From the NCBI GenBank assembly GCA_002269645.1, contig NIVC01001072.1, forward strand, positions 299,921 through 363,920: DNA of 64,000 bases, written 5' to 3'. Of this stretch, positions 22,704 through 35,259 are shown in pieces. The position numbers were made by a program, and so were the translations under genes. Under the pieces are notes generated by a model. That model saw only the letters and a list, made by a program, of their open reading frames with translations. It did not search any database and was not told the origin of the DNA. This stretch comes from Macrostomum lignano (Eukaryota). How positions within the stretch are numbered: the first letter of the stretch is position 1; every line of letters starts with the position of its first letter.

Positions 22704-23600
22704 TGGACTTCTTGAACTTTAGGTAGATAAAATAGTTGTAGTTTTAATAGGATCATAATTTTGTCTTTATAGAGGTTTTTGATGATGCTGATTTCAAATT
22801 TGAGCTTCATTTTTTGTAGCTTAAAGCCAACCACCAGGGCATGGGGAATGGGAGGGGTTTTAATGTGGGGAAAAACTTCATGGGGATTGATTTTACTTAC
22901 CTAAACTTCAATAGAGGCATGGGGGTCTATTGTAGATTAGGTAGATAAGAGACTAAGAGTATCTAGAGGAAAAATTGTAATGTAGCTTAAATTAAAAATT
23001 CAGCAAGTTATCAAACACCTCCATAAAGAAAAATTTTTAATTTTAACAATCTAATTGATATCAACAGCTGTATTTACCTTTTAGAATAGAGACGACAATG
23101 CAAATTAGTAGAAATTAAGTATAGACTATAGGTAAACAAGTAGAGAATGTAAAGCTAGTCACAAACATGAGAGAATGATAGCAAATCAAAAGCAGGAGGT
23201 AAGGATAGTGGCGAACCATAAATCATCATTTTTAAAAAAACACTAATTTGATGTGGCACTCTTACTGCACTATAACAAGCTGAGTGAAGAAAAATTAGAA
23301 TAGACACTCTTTTTATTTGAGTTAAAATCTAACCCTTTAAATGTTTTTTGAAATGAATTTATTCAACTATGGAAAATATTTACCATTAAGCCATGATTCT
23401 AAAAAAAGTTTAATTTTCAAACATACATTGATACAATTCTTTAAAACTAACATAGGGGATTAACAAATTGAGCTCCTGTTAACTTTAGCAGTATTCTTTG
23501 CTTTATTATCATTTTGGACAGCCTCAAAGACTCTGGCAAAAGTTTTAAGAAAAATTGGAAAATTAAAAGTATTTTACATACCTAAAGTTCAAGAAGTCCA
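22704..23600. mobile_element. Degenerate MITE-like segment in synaptogyrin intron 1
   Basis: 22-bp perfect inverted repeat tggacttcttgaactttaggta at 22704-22725 and 23579-23600. True termini and TSD not identified. Confidence 0.4.
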
Positions 23601-24080
23601 TTTATTGTTTCTAATTCTAATTTAATAGTTTAGGTAGCAAAAAAACAAACTAGGGCACCAAATGCTGGGCACCAAAAAGCACAGGCAACGAAAAGTATAG
23701 GTACTTTAAAGCTTTGGTGGCTTAACAGTGGATAGAGGTACTAGCAGTGCTAGCACTATTACAACTTGCCTAGTACCTACCAAGGGTGGGATTTGATAAA
23801 GACAGAGCTAAAAGCAGTGTTACATAAAACAAAGAAATGTGAAAAAACTGACACTTATTATTCGTTTATTGCAAAATATATAAAAACTTTCAAAAATGAA
23901 GATTATAGGGGCGTACCTATAGTATACATCATTTAAATTATTATAATCTACTCTAGTAATACATCTTTAAAATTTTACATTTTACATATTATTTAACATA
24001 TTTCATTATATACAAAAACATACTGTAAAAATTACTTATCAGAAATGTTTCTTTCATAGCACTAGTACAGTTTTACTTAC

Positions 24081-24194
24081 CCATGTTACAATGCGAAGAA
24101 TTGAAGTTGGGCGCAGAAAGAACTCCTTTGGGTCAAAGGAATAACCCAGTCCTTGTGAACGCCCAGCACCAAATACACTTCCATCAGGAATCAT
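24081..24194 (-). CDS. SYNGR: Synaptogyrin, exon 1 (protein 247 aa in total)
   Basis: MIPDGSVFGAGRSQGLGYSFDPKEFFLRPTSILRIVTW|GTAAGT, matching the GAG..FDP...P..ILR.V.W N-terminus of synaptogyrins. Confidence 0.92.
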
Positions 24195-24816
24195 CGTTGT
24201 AGCGTTCTGTAGTACTATATATTTAGACAACTATTGTGTGGAAGAGCTTCGCAGATTGTCGTTTTCTTCTGGTTTTTACTCATTCACAAAGAAGAAATAT
24301 TGAGATCATCATTTTGAAACGAGAAAAGATTTATTGTTTTAAATTTCTTACTTCACGAAAAATGCGAGTCACGCGTAAATAACGTAGGGAGAATATATTT
24401 CAAAAATTAATACCAATGTTAATTCAAAATATTTGAAACTTTCCGAATCTGTAAATGACAATTTTTCAAGAACCGTACGTTAAAAACAGAATCCAGCTAA
24501 TTATTACGAACCTGAACCAAGCTTTAAACGGCCAGCAACTTAACAATATTTACGCAATTCTATTATTGTACCAATACATGATGTAGCAGTACCACTGTAG
24601 CAGTGAAATTTATGGTAAAAATAACGGTTATCTAATGCTTATTTAAATGGATTGTTGTTTTGAAAACAAAGAAAATACGAAATATTTGTTCCTAATTTAC
24701 ATAGTATGTGATTTGTTAAGTAGTATGTACTTATACTCGTGTAATATGCATGTATAAGACCGGCCGGAGAGACAGAGAGAAAGGAAGAAGGAGAGAGGGA
24801 AGAGAAAGGAAAAGAA

Positions 24817-24917
<101 letters not shown>

Positions 24918-25250
24918 GGGAGACGAGAACGAGGAAAAGAATCATAAATTCCAAATTCGTTTCTTCAAGCAGTCAAGTTCGACCATTAGCTAGAATTTAG
25001 CCCTAATATATAAAAAATGCTTAATGAATTTCGAAAATTGAAATGAATAAGCGATGATCCTAGCTGTCATAGCTATATAGAGTCACGAAAAATTCCCTCA
25101 ATTGTGAATCCCTGCATATCAGCTCTGAATGACTCGCAGTCCTGTCCAAGCATTACATGTATCAGTAGGTGCTTTAGGTAAAGGAATTAGCCTTTTTACT
25201 GGGTCTACTAAACTGTGTGTTTCATGATCTGCATGTCAACCTAGCTGCCT

Positions 25251-27470
25251 TCTATCTAAATATACTAAATCTCTAAGGTTTGTATGCTTGAATGAATGAA
25301 TGTCCATAACGCTCTAGAGATTGCAATTCTTCACCGATTTTCATCGCGTTTTCGCCAAAATATTCAAAATTGTCTGGAAAGAAGACGGTTAAAATTTCTT
25401 GTATCTGCTTCAATGCTTAAGGGATTAAATATTCGAAAAACTGTTTTAAATGGCATTTTTCAATGCAAATTTTATCAGCCAGAAACTTCACAGTCAATTT
25501 TAATTGATTGCGCCAGAGCCAACTGATAAGAAAACTCACTGGGCCCCACTTAAAGGGGGGGCAATAAAAATTATTCTGGCTGCTGGCAGCCAGCTCTAAT
25601 TAGCTAGTCTTCTATCTAAATATACTAAATCTCTAATATTTGTATGTCCATAACGCTCTACAGATTGCAATCTAAATATACTAAATCTCTAAGGTTTGTT
25701 TGTATGAATGTCCATAACGCTCTAGAGATCGCAATTCTCGACCGATTTCGATCGCGTTTTCGCCAAAAGATGCAAAATTGTCTGGAAAGAAGACAGTTAA
25801 AATTTCTTGTATCTGCTTCAATGCTAAAGGGATTAAATATTCGAAAAACTGTTTTAAATGGCCTTTTTCAATGCAAATTTTATCAGCCAGAAACTTCACT
25901 GCCAATTTTAATTGATTGCGCCAGAGCCAACTGATAAGAAAACTCACTGGGCCCCACTTAAAGGGGGGGGCAATAAAAAAATTATTCTGGCTGCTGGCAG
26001 CCAGCTCTAATTAGCTAGTCTAAATATACTAAATCTCTAAGGTTTGTATGCTTGAATGAATGTCCATAACGCTCTAGAGATTGCAATTCTTCACCGATTT
26101 TCATCGCGTTTTCGCCAAAATATTCAAAATTGTCTGGAAAGAAGACGGTTAAAATTTCTTGTATCTGCTTCAATGCTTAAGGGATTAAATATTCGAAAAA
26201 CTGTTTTAAATGGCATTTTTCAATGCAAATTTTATCAGCCAGAAACTTCACAGTCAATTTTAATTGATTGCGCCAGAGCCAACTGATAAGAAAACTCACT
26301 GGGCCCCACTTAAAGGGGGGGGCAATAAAAATTATTCTGGATGCTGGCAGCCAGCTCTAATTAGCTAGTCTAAATCTAAATATACTAAATCTCTAAGGTT
26401 TGTTTGTTTGTATGAATGTCCATAACGCTCTAGAGATTGCAATTCTCGACCGATTTTGATCGCGTTTTCGCCAAAAGATTTGTAATCAGCCTGGGATTGT
26501 ATGGTTAAAATTTCTTGTATCTGCTTCAATGCTAAAGGGATTAAGTATTCGAAAAACCGTTTTAAATGGCCTTTTTCAATGCAAATTTTATCAGCCAGAA
26601 ACTTCACAGTCAATCTTAATTGATTGCGCCAGAGCCAACTGATAAGAAAACTCACTCCGCTCCACTTAAAGGGGGGCAATAAAAAAATTATTCTGGCTGC
26701 TGGCAGCCAGGTCTAATTAGCTAGTCTAAATATACTAAATCTCTAAGGTTTGTTTGTATGTTTGTCCATAACGTCTAAATATACTAAATCTCTAAGGTTT
26801 GTATGTTTGAATGAATGTCCATAACGCTCTAGAGATTGCAATTCTTCACCGATTTTGATCGCGTTTTCGCCAAAAGATTTGTAATCAGCCTGGGATTGTA
26901 TGGTTAAAATTTCTTGTATCTGCTTCAATGCTAAAGGGATTAAATATTCGAAAAACTGTTTTAAATGGGCTTTTTCAATGCAAATTTTATCAGCGAGAAA
27001 CTTCACAGTCAATTGCGCCAGAGCCAACTGATAAGAAAACTCACTGGGCCCCACTTAAAGGGGGGCAATAAAAAAATTATTCTGGATGCTGGCAGCCAGC
27101 TCTAATTAGCTAGTCTATCTAAATATATATACTAAATCTCTAATATTTGTTTGTATGCTTGTATGTCCATAACGCTCTAGAGCGAGCAATTCTTCACCGA
27201 TTTTGATCGCGTTTTCGCCAAAAGATTCAAAATTGTCTGGAAAGAAGACAGTTAAAATTTCTTGTATCTGCTTCAATGCTTAAGGGATTAAATATTCGAA
27301 AAACTGTTTTAAATGGCCTTTTTCAATGCAAATTTTATAAGCGAGAAACTTCACAGCTAATTTTAATTGATTGCGCCAGAGCCAACTGATAAGAAAACTC
27401 ACTCGGCCCCACTTAAAGGGGGGCAATAAAAAATTATTCTGGATGCTGGCAGCCAGCTCTAATTAGCTAG
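25251..27470 (+). mobile_element. Six head-to-tail copies of a short (~350-410 bp) non-autonomous Helitron
   Basis: Each unit starts TC (tct...aaatatactaaatc) and ends with hairpin ctggctgc-tg-gcagccag, ~10 nt, then CTAG. Ends at 25607, 26018, 26368, 26724, 27113 and 27470. No TSD. Confidence 0.8.
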
Positions 27471-28368
27471 TCTTCTAAATATACTAAATCTCTAAGGTTT
27501 GTATGTTTGAATGAATCTAAATATACTAAATCTCTAAGGTTTGTATGCTTGAATGAATGAATGTCCATAACGCTCTAGAGACTGCAATTCTTCACCGATT
27601 TCGATCGTGTTTTCGCCAAAAGATTCAAAATTGTCTGGAAAGAAGACAGTTAAAATCTAAATATACTAAATCTCTAAGGTTTGTATGCTTGTCCATAACG
27701 CTCTAGTCTAAATATACTAAATCTCTAAGGTTTGTATGCTTGTCTTCTTCTAAATATACTAAATCTCTAAGGTTTGTATGCTTGAATGAATGAATGTCCA
27801 TAACGCTCTAGAGACTGCAATTCTTCACCGATTTTGATCGCGTTTTCGCCAAAAGATTTAAAATTGTCTGGAAAGAAGACGGTTAAAATTTCTTTAATCT
27901 GCTTCAATGCTAAGGGGATTAAATATTCAAAAAACATGCTTTTTTGCAAAGGTCAAGCAGCTCTTTCGACTTGAAATGCGCTGTAAGAATGCTAGAGAAA
28001 AAACCGACTGACTGAATTCTGATTTTGATAAAGATTGCATCACAACAAGTTGAAAACACTGTGCCAAGTTGAAAGACAGAAATTGCGTAACCATATTGCT
28101 AACTTTAATTGAGACTGATGCTGACTGCCTGAGTATTTGATTATGTCATAGCTGCTTTGTGTGACTTTCACTCGAAGAGAATTTGTGTTATTATTTGCAT
28201 AACGTTCTAGAGATAGAACCAATTGACCAATTTTAATCGCGTTTTTACGAAAAGATTTGTAATTATCTGGAAAGAAGACAGTTAAAATTTCTTTAATTGG
28301 CTTTAATGCTAAAGGTATTAAATATTCGAAAAACGAGTTTTCCCAATGCTTTTAATGGTAGGGCAAAC

Positions 28369-30261
28369 CACAGATACTATAAACACTAGATAGGCCACTC
28401 AGGCTAATTTTCTGGGCAAGTTTTCTATTCTACTTTCTGCTTAGTAGCAATGAAAGGAAGCAACAGTATTATTTGCTAAATTAGACAAATCGAGTGATTG
28501 TTTTTAAGACATCGTTTTGCTAACGCCATAAACAACTAACTTGTTTTGTGCAGTAATGGTGTACATTAAGACGCGACAGACAGTGTGCAATGCCGCTATC
28601 TTTTAAAGTGGAGGAAGGGGGGTAGTCTGGAATAGGGTTAATATCACTTTCGGATAAGGCAGGGTGAGTGGATCGATAATTTAGGCCCACTGGTGGTGGG
28701 ATAGAAAATAAAGGACTGCACATAGCTAGCCTGGGTTAGGGGTGGGGGTTGAGAGGTTGTGGGTTAGAAAATTTGGGGGTGGCGAATCGTGCTTAAATAC
28801 AAGCTTATAAAGATGAACAGGACAAGAGTCAGAGTTAAAGAAAGTTCGAGTGCATACTAGCTTTTCTATCTAATCTTGTACTCGAGAAATGTTTTGATTC
28901 GAACCACTGCTGCGCTCCCACTTGCACGAGCTTTGTACTAGTGCTATTAACATCCGAGAAAGAAAAATCCGTTGCGAATGCATAAATTACTAAAAGATGA
29001 CACTGGTGAAGCGCTGGCAGCAGCTACTGCAGGAGCGTGGATATTGACCTTTATAAACAATTAAATCACGGGGCCTACGTGTGTTCAGCTTGCACTTTAT
29101 GGACGAGGCCTACTGCTGCCTTACAAAGTGCCACGGATGTGCATTGTGCAAGACATCTGTTTTCGCTGGGACGCAATCCCACACCAAGAGTTGATGCTGC
29201 CTCGGCTCGTTCAAATAGACCAGCTACCCTCTGTGCAAAGGACTGATAAACGATGAAGAGGCAGACGACATGTACCCTCCAGTGCTGGGGCCAATTAGCA
29301 ATCTATCTGCAGCCGAGCCTGCGACTTGCCTGCTGCCAGTGCTGTGGCAGAGCAACCTTCGGCTACCAGATTCTGCGCCGAGAACAGCTGTTGCGGCTGA
29401 AAGCTCTCACCTCTGCAGCCGATTCGCGGGTTCCAAGCGCGAAAGTGACATGCGAATCAAGCGGCTGCAGCGGCAATCCCGAAAGCGACAGGCAAATCAA
29501 GCGGCTGCAGCGGCAATCCCGAAAGCGACAGGCAAATCAAGCGGCTGCAGCGGCAACTCTCGATGGTCAAGGCAAGTGCAGCGCAGTCGTGCATCCATGG
29601 ACTGTGGAGGCGTGGCTAGCGCAGCTTCCAGCGGTCGACTGGGCGGCAGGGCGCTCGCAGTCAGGGGTGCTCTGGTCAAAGGATGTCATCTCATCAGCAG
29701 CTCATTGCAGCTGCACCACAAAAGTCCTGCTGCTTATCGGCTGCCTGTTACGAAACCACTGAGGATTGGCTCTCCATCGGATACATCCCTGGACCTTGAA
29801 GTGGCGCATTCGCCAGTTTTTTTCATCTGTTGGGCCGTTCTGAATGCTGCCTCTGAACAAGGGCGACTGGCGACCCTGTTCTTCGACAGCACGCTGCGAG
29901 TTTCACAAACAGATGAGCTGATTAAGATGAGAAATCTTTCTATTTTGCTACACGAATATGGATTATGGAGTATATTATATAGCTCGTATTTGCTAAATAT
30001 ACAATAGTTGACTGCAATAATATAGCCTTCTATGCAATCTAAAGCATTCACAATGTTGCTTTGAATTGTGGAAAGTATAATTATAAGTTTCTTTTTGCAA
30101 AAAATCAATACAATTGCTTCATTGCATTCATCTGTTTTTTTATTTTTAAAAAATATAAATAACGCTAAAATGTTTTTACTACTACTAAGCAGAAAGTAGA
30201 GTAAACTGTCGTGTTGTGAAAATTAGCTGGAGTGGCCTATCTAGTGTTTATAGTATCTGTG
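28369..30261 (+). mobile_element. P-element-superfamily deletion derivative (1893 bp)
   Basis: Perfect 32-bp TIRs (cacagatactataaacactagataggccactc), 8-bp TSD gggcaaac (28361-28368 and 30262-30269), subterminal inverted block 28430-28447/30182-30199. Empty site at 38003-38010. Confidence 0.85.
28905..29760 (+). pseudogene. Decayed THAP domain and P-type transposase N-terminus
   Basis: Across frameshifts: CCAPTCTS, PLRMHKLLKD, KRWQQLL, VCS-LHF (THAP C2CH signature), and later LQLHHKSPAAYRL, typical of P/THAP9 transposases. Confidence 0.6.
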
Positions 30262-30582
30262 GGGCAAACTAGGTTGAATTCTTGACTGGACTGGCTGAAT
30301 TCCAATTCCAATTATGATTGCGCCATAACTTTTCTCTCTCCACTGTGTAAGCTTCAATACTGGTTGCAGTGTGCAAGGAGAAAAAATGCTCAGTGGCTGC
30401 GTGTGTACATTCTGACCCTGGCTCTGACTGGCGGACTCCATAGAAAATTGCTATTTATAGATTTCACTCAACTGTGCATTGGCTCCGCCTGCACGCCTAC
30501 ACACTGAGCAGCCTATCACTGCTATGTATTTAACTGCAGTTCTGAAGCATATATGGCTGATTTTGTTGTCCTCCCATCAATA

Positions 30583-30665
30583 GGCGGAGTAGCCGCACTG
30601 TAGGCACTTAGGATTAGGTTTAGGCTAGGCGTAAGGTCCAAGGTTCGAGTCTGCCTCCCTGGCGG
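30583..30665 (+). other. tRNA-like (SINE-head-like) Pol III A/B-box sequence inside the Helitron; further copies at 31234-31315 and 38329-38412
   Basis: A-box-like tagccgca(c/g)tg and B box ggttcgagtc about 55 nt apart. No complete cloverleaf. Confidence 0.45.
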
Positions 30666-32599
30666 ATAATTAAAATTAAATTTAATAATTTATAGCTTGT
30701 GCCTCGACTAATTGGAATATTTTTTTTATTAATTTCAATTGAAGGTTTTTGTGCTATTCGGCACAAGCCACTAATCAATCCAAATATACTAAATCTCTAA
30801 GGTTTGTTTGTATGTTTGCTTGTCTGCTTCGAGTTTAACTGATCCCATCAATGGGTATTGTCTAGCTCCATAAAAGTACGAATTTACTAAACTGCAGACA
30901 ATGCTGCTAAATTGCTTAAAAGTGCTAAATGCTGACCTTTTGCTAAATGCTGCCCTTTTTTAAGACTGCCGATATGTATCGAAAATTGATTAGTGAGCCG
31001 TAGAATGAATGCTGAGCAAATTGCAGTTTTCTGAGGGGTCTGAGGTGCCGGCCACAGAAGAACTGCAGACTGTGAAGTAGTTCCTCTAGACTTAAATCTA
31101 ATTTATAGATTTCACTTAACTGCGCATTGGCTCTGCCTGCATACAACCCGTGCACTAAGCAGCCTATCACTGCTGTGTATTTGACTGCAGTGCCAAAGCA
31201 TATATGGCTGATTTTGTCGCCTTCCGATCAATAGGCGGAGTAGCCGCACTGTAGGCACTAGGACCAGTTTTAGGATAGGCGTAAGGTCCCAGGTTCGAGT
31301 CTACCTCGCAGCGGACAATTAAAATTTAACTAATTATTATTTCATTTTAGCACAAGTCGCTAAGCAAATTTGATTTGTAAAAACTGCTTCGAGTACATGT
31401 ATTACAAGCGTACTGATCCCATCAATGAGTATATTGCCTAGCTCCATGAAAGTATGAAATTGCTAAACTGCAGACGATTCTGAAAAAACTGCTGACGGTA
31501 TCGAAAAATGCTGAGTTTTGCAAGACTGCCGATATGTATCGAAAATTTATTAGTGAGCCGTAAAATGCTGAGCAAATTGCAGTTTCCTGAGGAGCTGAGG
31601 AGCCGGCTGAGAGAAGAACTGCAGGCTGCTGAGAGGATGACTGAAAATTGTTAATTGAACACTTGTAGACTGCAAATGGAATGACTGCAGACTGCTTAGG
31701 GGAACTGCAGATTGTCGAAGGGATCATTGCAGATTGCAAAGGGGAAACAACTGCAAACTGCTGAGGTAGTTCCTCCAGACGTATGAGCGTATAGCTGTAG
31801 ACTGCTGAGAGGGAAACTGCGGACTAATTGGATGATAATGGCAGACTTCTGAGGCTAATAACTAACTATTGACATTGAGTTTTGAGTGGATATTTACTGT
31901 GGAAGATTAAGTACAAGTTGTTGAGGTGATTACTGCGGGCTGCTAAGTGAAATATTTTTTGCTAAGGGGACAATTCTATGAGCTGAGGGTATACATGCTT
32001 AATTTTAATAAAAGTCGTAGAATGCAAAGTGGATGATAAATGCTGGCTGTTAAGAAATAACTGCAGCCTTTTTGCGAGATTCGATGCAGGGATAATTTCA
32101 GGTTATTGTGGGTATAAATGCGGGGTTAACTTCAAACGTCTGAAGTTGCTAAACTAGATTATTTCGACCACATGTCAATAGGCACAACAGCCGCAGTAGG
32201 CAGGCAGTGTCCGGCAGAAGCTAAGCAGAATGCTTTGATGTCAGCAGTTCGAGCCTGCATTGAAGCAGCGAATTTATCTTTGTGACCTGTGACAATAATG
32301 ATTGCATCCTATGCAGATTCATGGAGATGTTAAACACTTAAATTTAAAGATACTTTTGCTGGGGGGCTGCGTTAGTCTTCTAGAGCAGTGCTAATCTGCT
32401 GTAAGTGCTAATTTGCAAAGGGTCTAATCTGGGTGAGCAGTGCTAATCTGACGTACAATGAAGTAATAAATATGTAAGAGGATTGCAAATCAAATTTTAC
32501 TTGCAAGTGGCAAACATTTCAAATGGTTTCGATTATTGAGAAGCATATGGAGATCAGTGGCCATCTGCTCCCAGATTTTGCGGAACAGTGCCGGTGAAC

Positions 32600-32718
32600 C
32601 ATTGCTAAACTGCTGGTGAAGCATTGCTGAACTGCTGGTGAAGCATTGCTGAACTGCTGGTGAAGCATTGCTGAACTGCTGGTGAAGCATTGCTAAACTG
32701 CTGGTGAAGCATTGCTTA
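32600..32718. repeat. 22-bp internal tandem repeat of the Helitron (aactgctggtgaagcattgctg); diverged counterpart at ~39735-39840
   Basis: Read directly. Confidence 0.85.
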
Positions 32719-33138
32719 AGTTGTGGTGAAATATTGTATTTTTTTTAAATAAATGCTTCTTTTAAAGAGAAGAAAGCGCAATGCAAGAAAAGGCAAAAAA
32801 GAATCACCATGTCAATCATAAAAGAAGCGCACTGTTGAACATAAAAGACTCATTGGGAATTCTTAAGACTGCTATGTCTATTGCTACGAGCGTAAGGCTG
32901 GTATGGGAAAATGCTGTGATATCAAGACTCATGGGAGAATTTCTAAGATCTCAAGGCTCAGGGGAATTGCTACAATGATGTGATTCTGGGGAGAATTACT
33001 TTGATCTGAAGGTTTATTTGGGAAATTGCTGAGGTATCAAGGCTTATTAACAATGCTTTGCGGTCAAGGCTCATGGAGATAATTACTGGAATGCTGTGGC
33101 TGTTGGGGGAATTGCCGACATTTTTAGGGTAAGAGTAT

Positions 33139-35142
33139 GACATCCTCGTATTCGCCGAGAATGCTGCTGCATTGGAAAAGCGACTGGCTGCGGTCAAAAC
33201 ACGATTGCGAGAGAAACGGGTGACAATCAACGAAGCTAAATGTATAGACTATTGCGACGTCATCTCCTTCTTGGGATTTAAGATCTCTGCTGCGGGCATC
33301 CAGCCTGACGATCGCCTAGTGGAGAAGGTGCGACAAGTTGCGCCACCAAAGGACAAAAAAGAAGTGTCGCAGTTCTTGGGTCTCGCGAACTTCTTTGGCC
33401 GTCTCATCCCCAACTTTGCGGCCAAAACAAGCGCCTTAAACCGTCTGCGAAAAGATTCGGTCCCTTTCATTTGGGACGAGGCATGTTCCCGAGCCTTTGC
33501 CGACCTGAAGACGGCACTCAGCTCAGCACCGGTAGTCCAGCCATACAGTCTCGAGAAGGAGGTTACCCTGACCACCGACGCATCGAAAGGCGCATTAGCC
33601 GGGGTCCTCACTCAGGATGGTCATCCCGTGATTTTTGTCTCTCGCACACTTTCCAAGGCGGAGGAGAATTACTCCAACATTGAAAGAGAAGCTCTGGCAA
33701 TCTTCTGGACGGTATTTCGACTCAAACACTATCTCCTAGGCAGGCATTTCACCATAAAAACTGATCATCAGTCTCTTGTGCGACTTTTTGGCGACAGCAT
33801 CCCAATGAATACCTCAGCCCGAATCGGTCGATGGGCGCTGGCTCTCATGCAGTTCGACTTCAACATTCAGTACTCAAGCGGTCCCTCAATACCGCACGCA
33901 GACGCTCTTTCTCGCCTACGTTTTGACGATGTGTCGATGGATTCGCCGCAGCTGTTTGAAGCCATTAACTGTGTCACCTTTGAGACTTCGACCATTGATC
34001 CGCGCCGAATTATCGCTGAGATGGACACGGATCCGTTCATCCAGCGCATTCTGCAACGTGTTCGATCTGGACAATGGCGGAACTGCTCGCAAGCGGAGGC
34101 CCAATTCAAGAAGCATGCGGAGCAATTGACTCTGGAGGACGGCCTTCTTTTCATGCAGAGACGAGTGTTCATCCCTATGCGGCTTCGACGGGAAGCCTTC
34201 GCGGCCATCCACGACACGCATTCAGGGGCCCATGCTTCATATAACCTATTGTCAGCGACCTGCTGGTGGCCGGGGATGCAAAGTGACGTCGACGCATTCG
34301 TGAGGCAATGCTCGGGTTGCAATCAACTTAGACCGAGATTTGCCAAGGCCCGGGATGTCTGGCCAGTGCCGGCACACCCATTTCAACGAATTCACATGGA
34401 CTGGGCATACATCAAGGACGCCGGGAACGTTCTCATCATCGTGGACGCCTTCTCTGGGTGGATTGAAGCATTCCCCTGTCCCAGTCGGTCGGGCAAAAAC
34501 GTCATCGCTTCTTTGCGCACTGTGTTCACTCGGTTTGGCGTATCCGAAACTGTGGTGTCAGACAACGCTCCAGAATTCACAGGCGATCCTGTTGGCACCT
34601 GGCTGAAAGCTAATGGCGTGACAAAACTAGAATCCCCTCCATACTATCCTCAAGCGAACGGAGCAGCGGAACGAGCGGTTCAAACCGTGAAGGCTGCACT
34701 GCGCTCCTGGACTGAGCGCATCACCCGTCTGCCGTTCATCCCTTTTCTGCAGAAGGTACTGATGCATCACCGCAACTCTGCCATGAGTCGAGGAAAAAGC
34801 CCGGCCGAGTTGGTTTTTGGACGAAAACTGCGGGTTCCCGTGGTTTCAGCGTTTGACCAAGGCGAGTCTGTGCTGTACAAACCATCCGATGCAGTTGGGC
34901 AGCCCGCGAAATTCCTGATGACCGCGGGACGCAACACAGCCTGGGTTTTAGCGAATGGCCGCCTACAGTTTGCTAGCACCAACCAAATCGCTCCATACCA
35001 TGGTGCTGACATCGACGATGGCGAGGAGGAAGAGGGTGATGCTACACCGGCAACGACCCCGGATGACGATGGACAGCATCCAACGTCTACGCTGAGACGA
35101 AGCTCACGCATTAGGCAGCAACCTAACAGATTTGCGCCATAA
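33139..35142 (+). CDS. Ty3/Gypsy pol fragment (end of RT, RNase H, integrase), 5'-truncated, open frame
   Basis: DILVF (RT motif C remnant), FLGFKISAAGIQPD, LTTDASKG, YSNIEREALA (RNase H), HDTH...C..C zinc finger, IHMDW/VSDNAPEF/NGAAERAV (DDE), and C-terminal LRRSSRIR. Domain order RT-RH-IN. Confidence 0.92.
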   Translation, partial: DILVFAENAAALEKRLAAVKTRLREKRVTINEAKCIDYCDVISFLGFKISAAGIQPDDRLVEKVRQVAPPKDKKEVSQFLGLANFFGRLIPNFAAKTSALNRLRKDSVPFIWDEACSRAFADLKTALSSAPVVQPYSLEKEVTLTTDASKGALAGVLTQDGHPVIFVSRTLSKAEENYSNIEREALAIFWTVFRLKHYLLGRHFTIKTDHQSLVRLFGDSIPMNTSARIGRWALALMQFDFNIQYSSGPSIPHADALSRLRFDDVSMDSPQLFEAINCVTFETSTIDPRRIIAEMDTDPFIQRILQRVRSGQWRNCSQAEAQFKKHAEQLTLEDGLLFMQRRVFIPMRLRREAFAAIHDTHSGAHASYNLLSATCWWPGMQSDVDAFVRQCSGCNQLRPRFAKARDVWPVPAHPFQRIHMDWAYIKDAGNVLIIVDAFSGWIEAFPCPSRSGKNVIASLRTVFTRFGVSETVVSDNAPEFTGDPVGTWLKANGVTKLESPPYYPQANGAAERAVQTVKAALRSWTERITRLPFIPFLQKVLMHHRNSAMSRGKSPAELVFGRKLRVPVVSAFDQGESVLYKPSDAVGQPAKFLMTAGRNTAWVLANGRLQFASTNQIAPYHGADIDDGEEEEGDATPATTPDDDGQHPTSTLRRSSRIRQQPNRFAP

Positions 35143-35259
35143 GCTCGCTATGGCATGAACTAGCTAAGATTGACACTAGTTGGCGTGCGTTTACTGTTTA
35201 CTGACATATTTAAACTGTTTTGTTATGCTTGTCCAATGTTCCCATTTGGAGGGGGGACA

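Noticed and set aside
25296-27054. Repeated 76-104 aa ORFs (MNVHNALEIA...) as a gene family
   Set aside because: They lie within the Helitron units, vary in frame and length between copies, and show no RepHel motif.
29253-30007. ORFs of 169 and 245 aa as intact genes
   Set aside because: They overlap frameshifted transposase remnants and a 40-bp repeat inside the P-like element.
30583-30665. Functional tRNA gene
   Set aside because: Acceptor and T stems do not pair properly and no anticodon arm can be assigned; kept only as a tRNA-like sequence.
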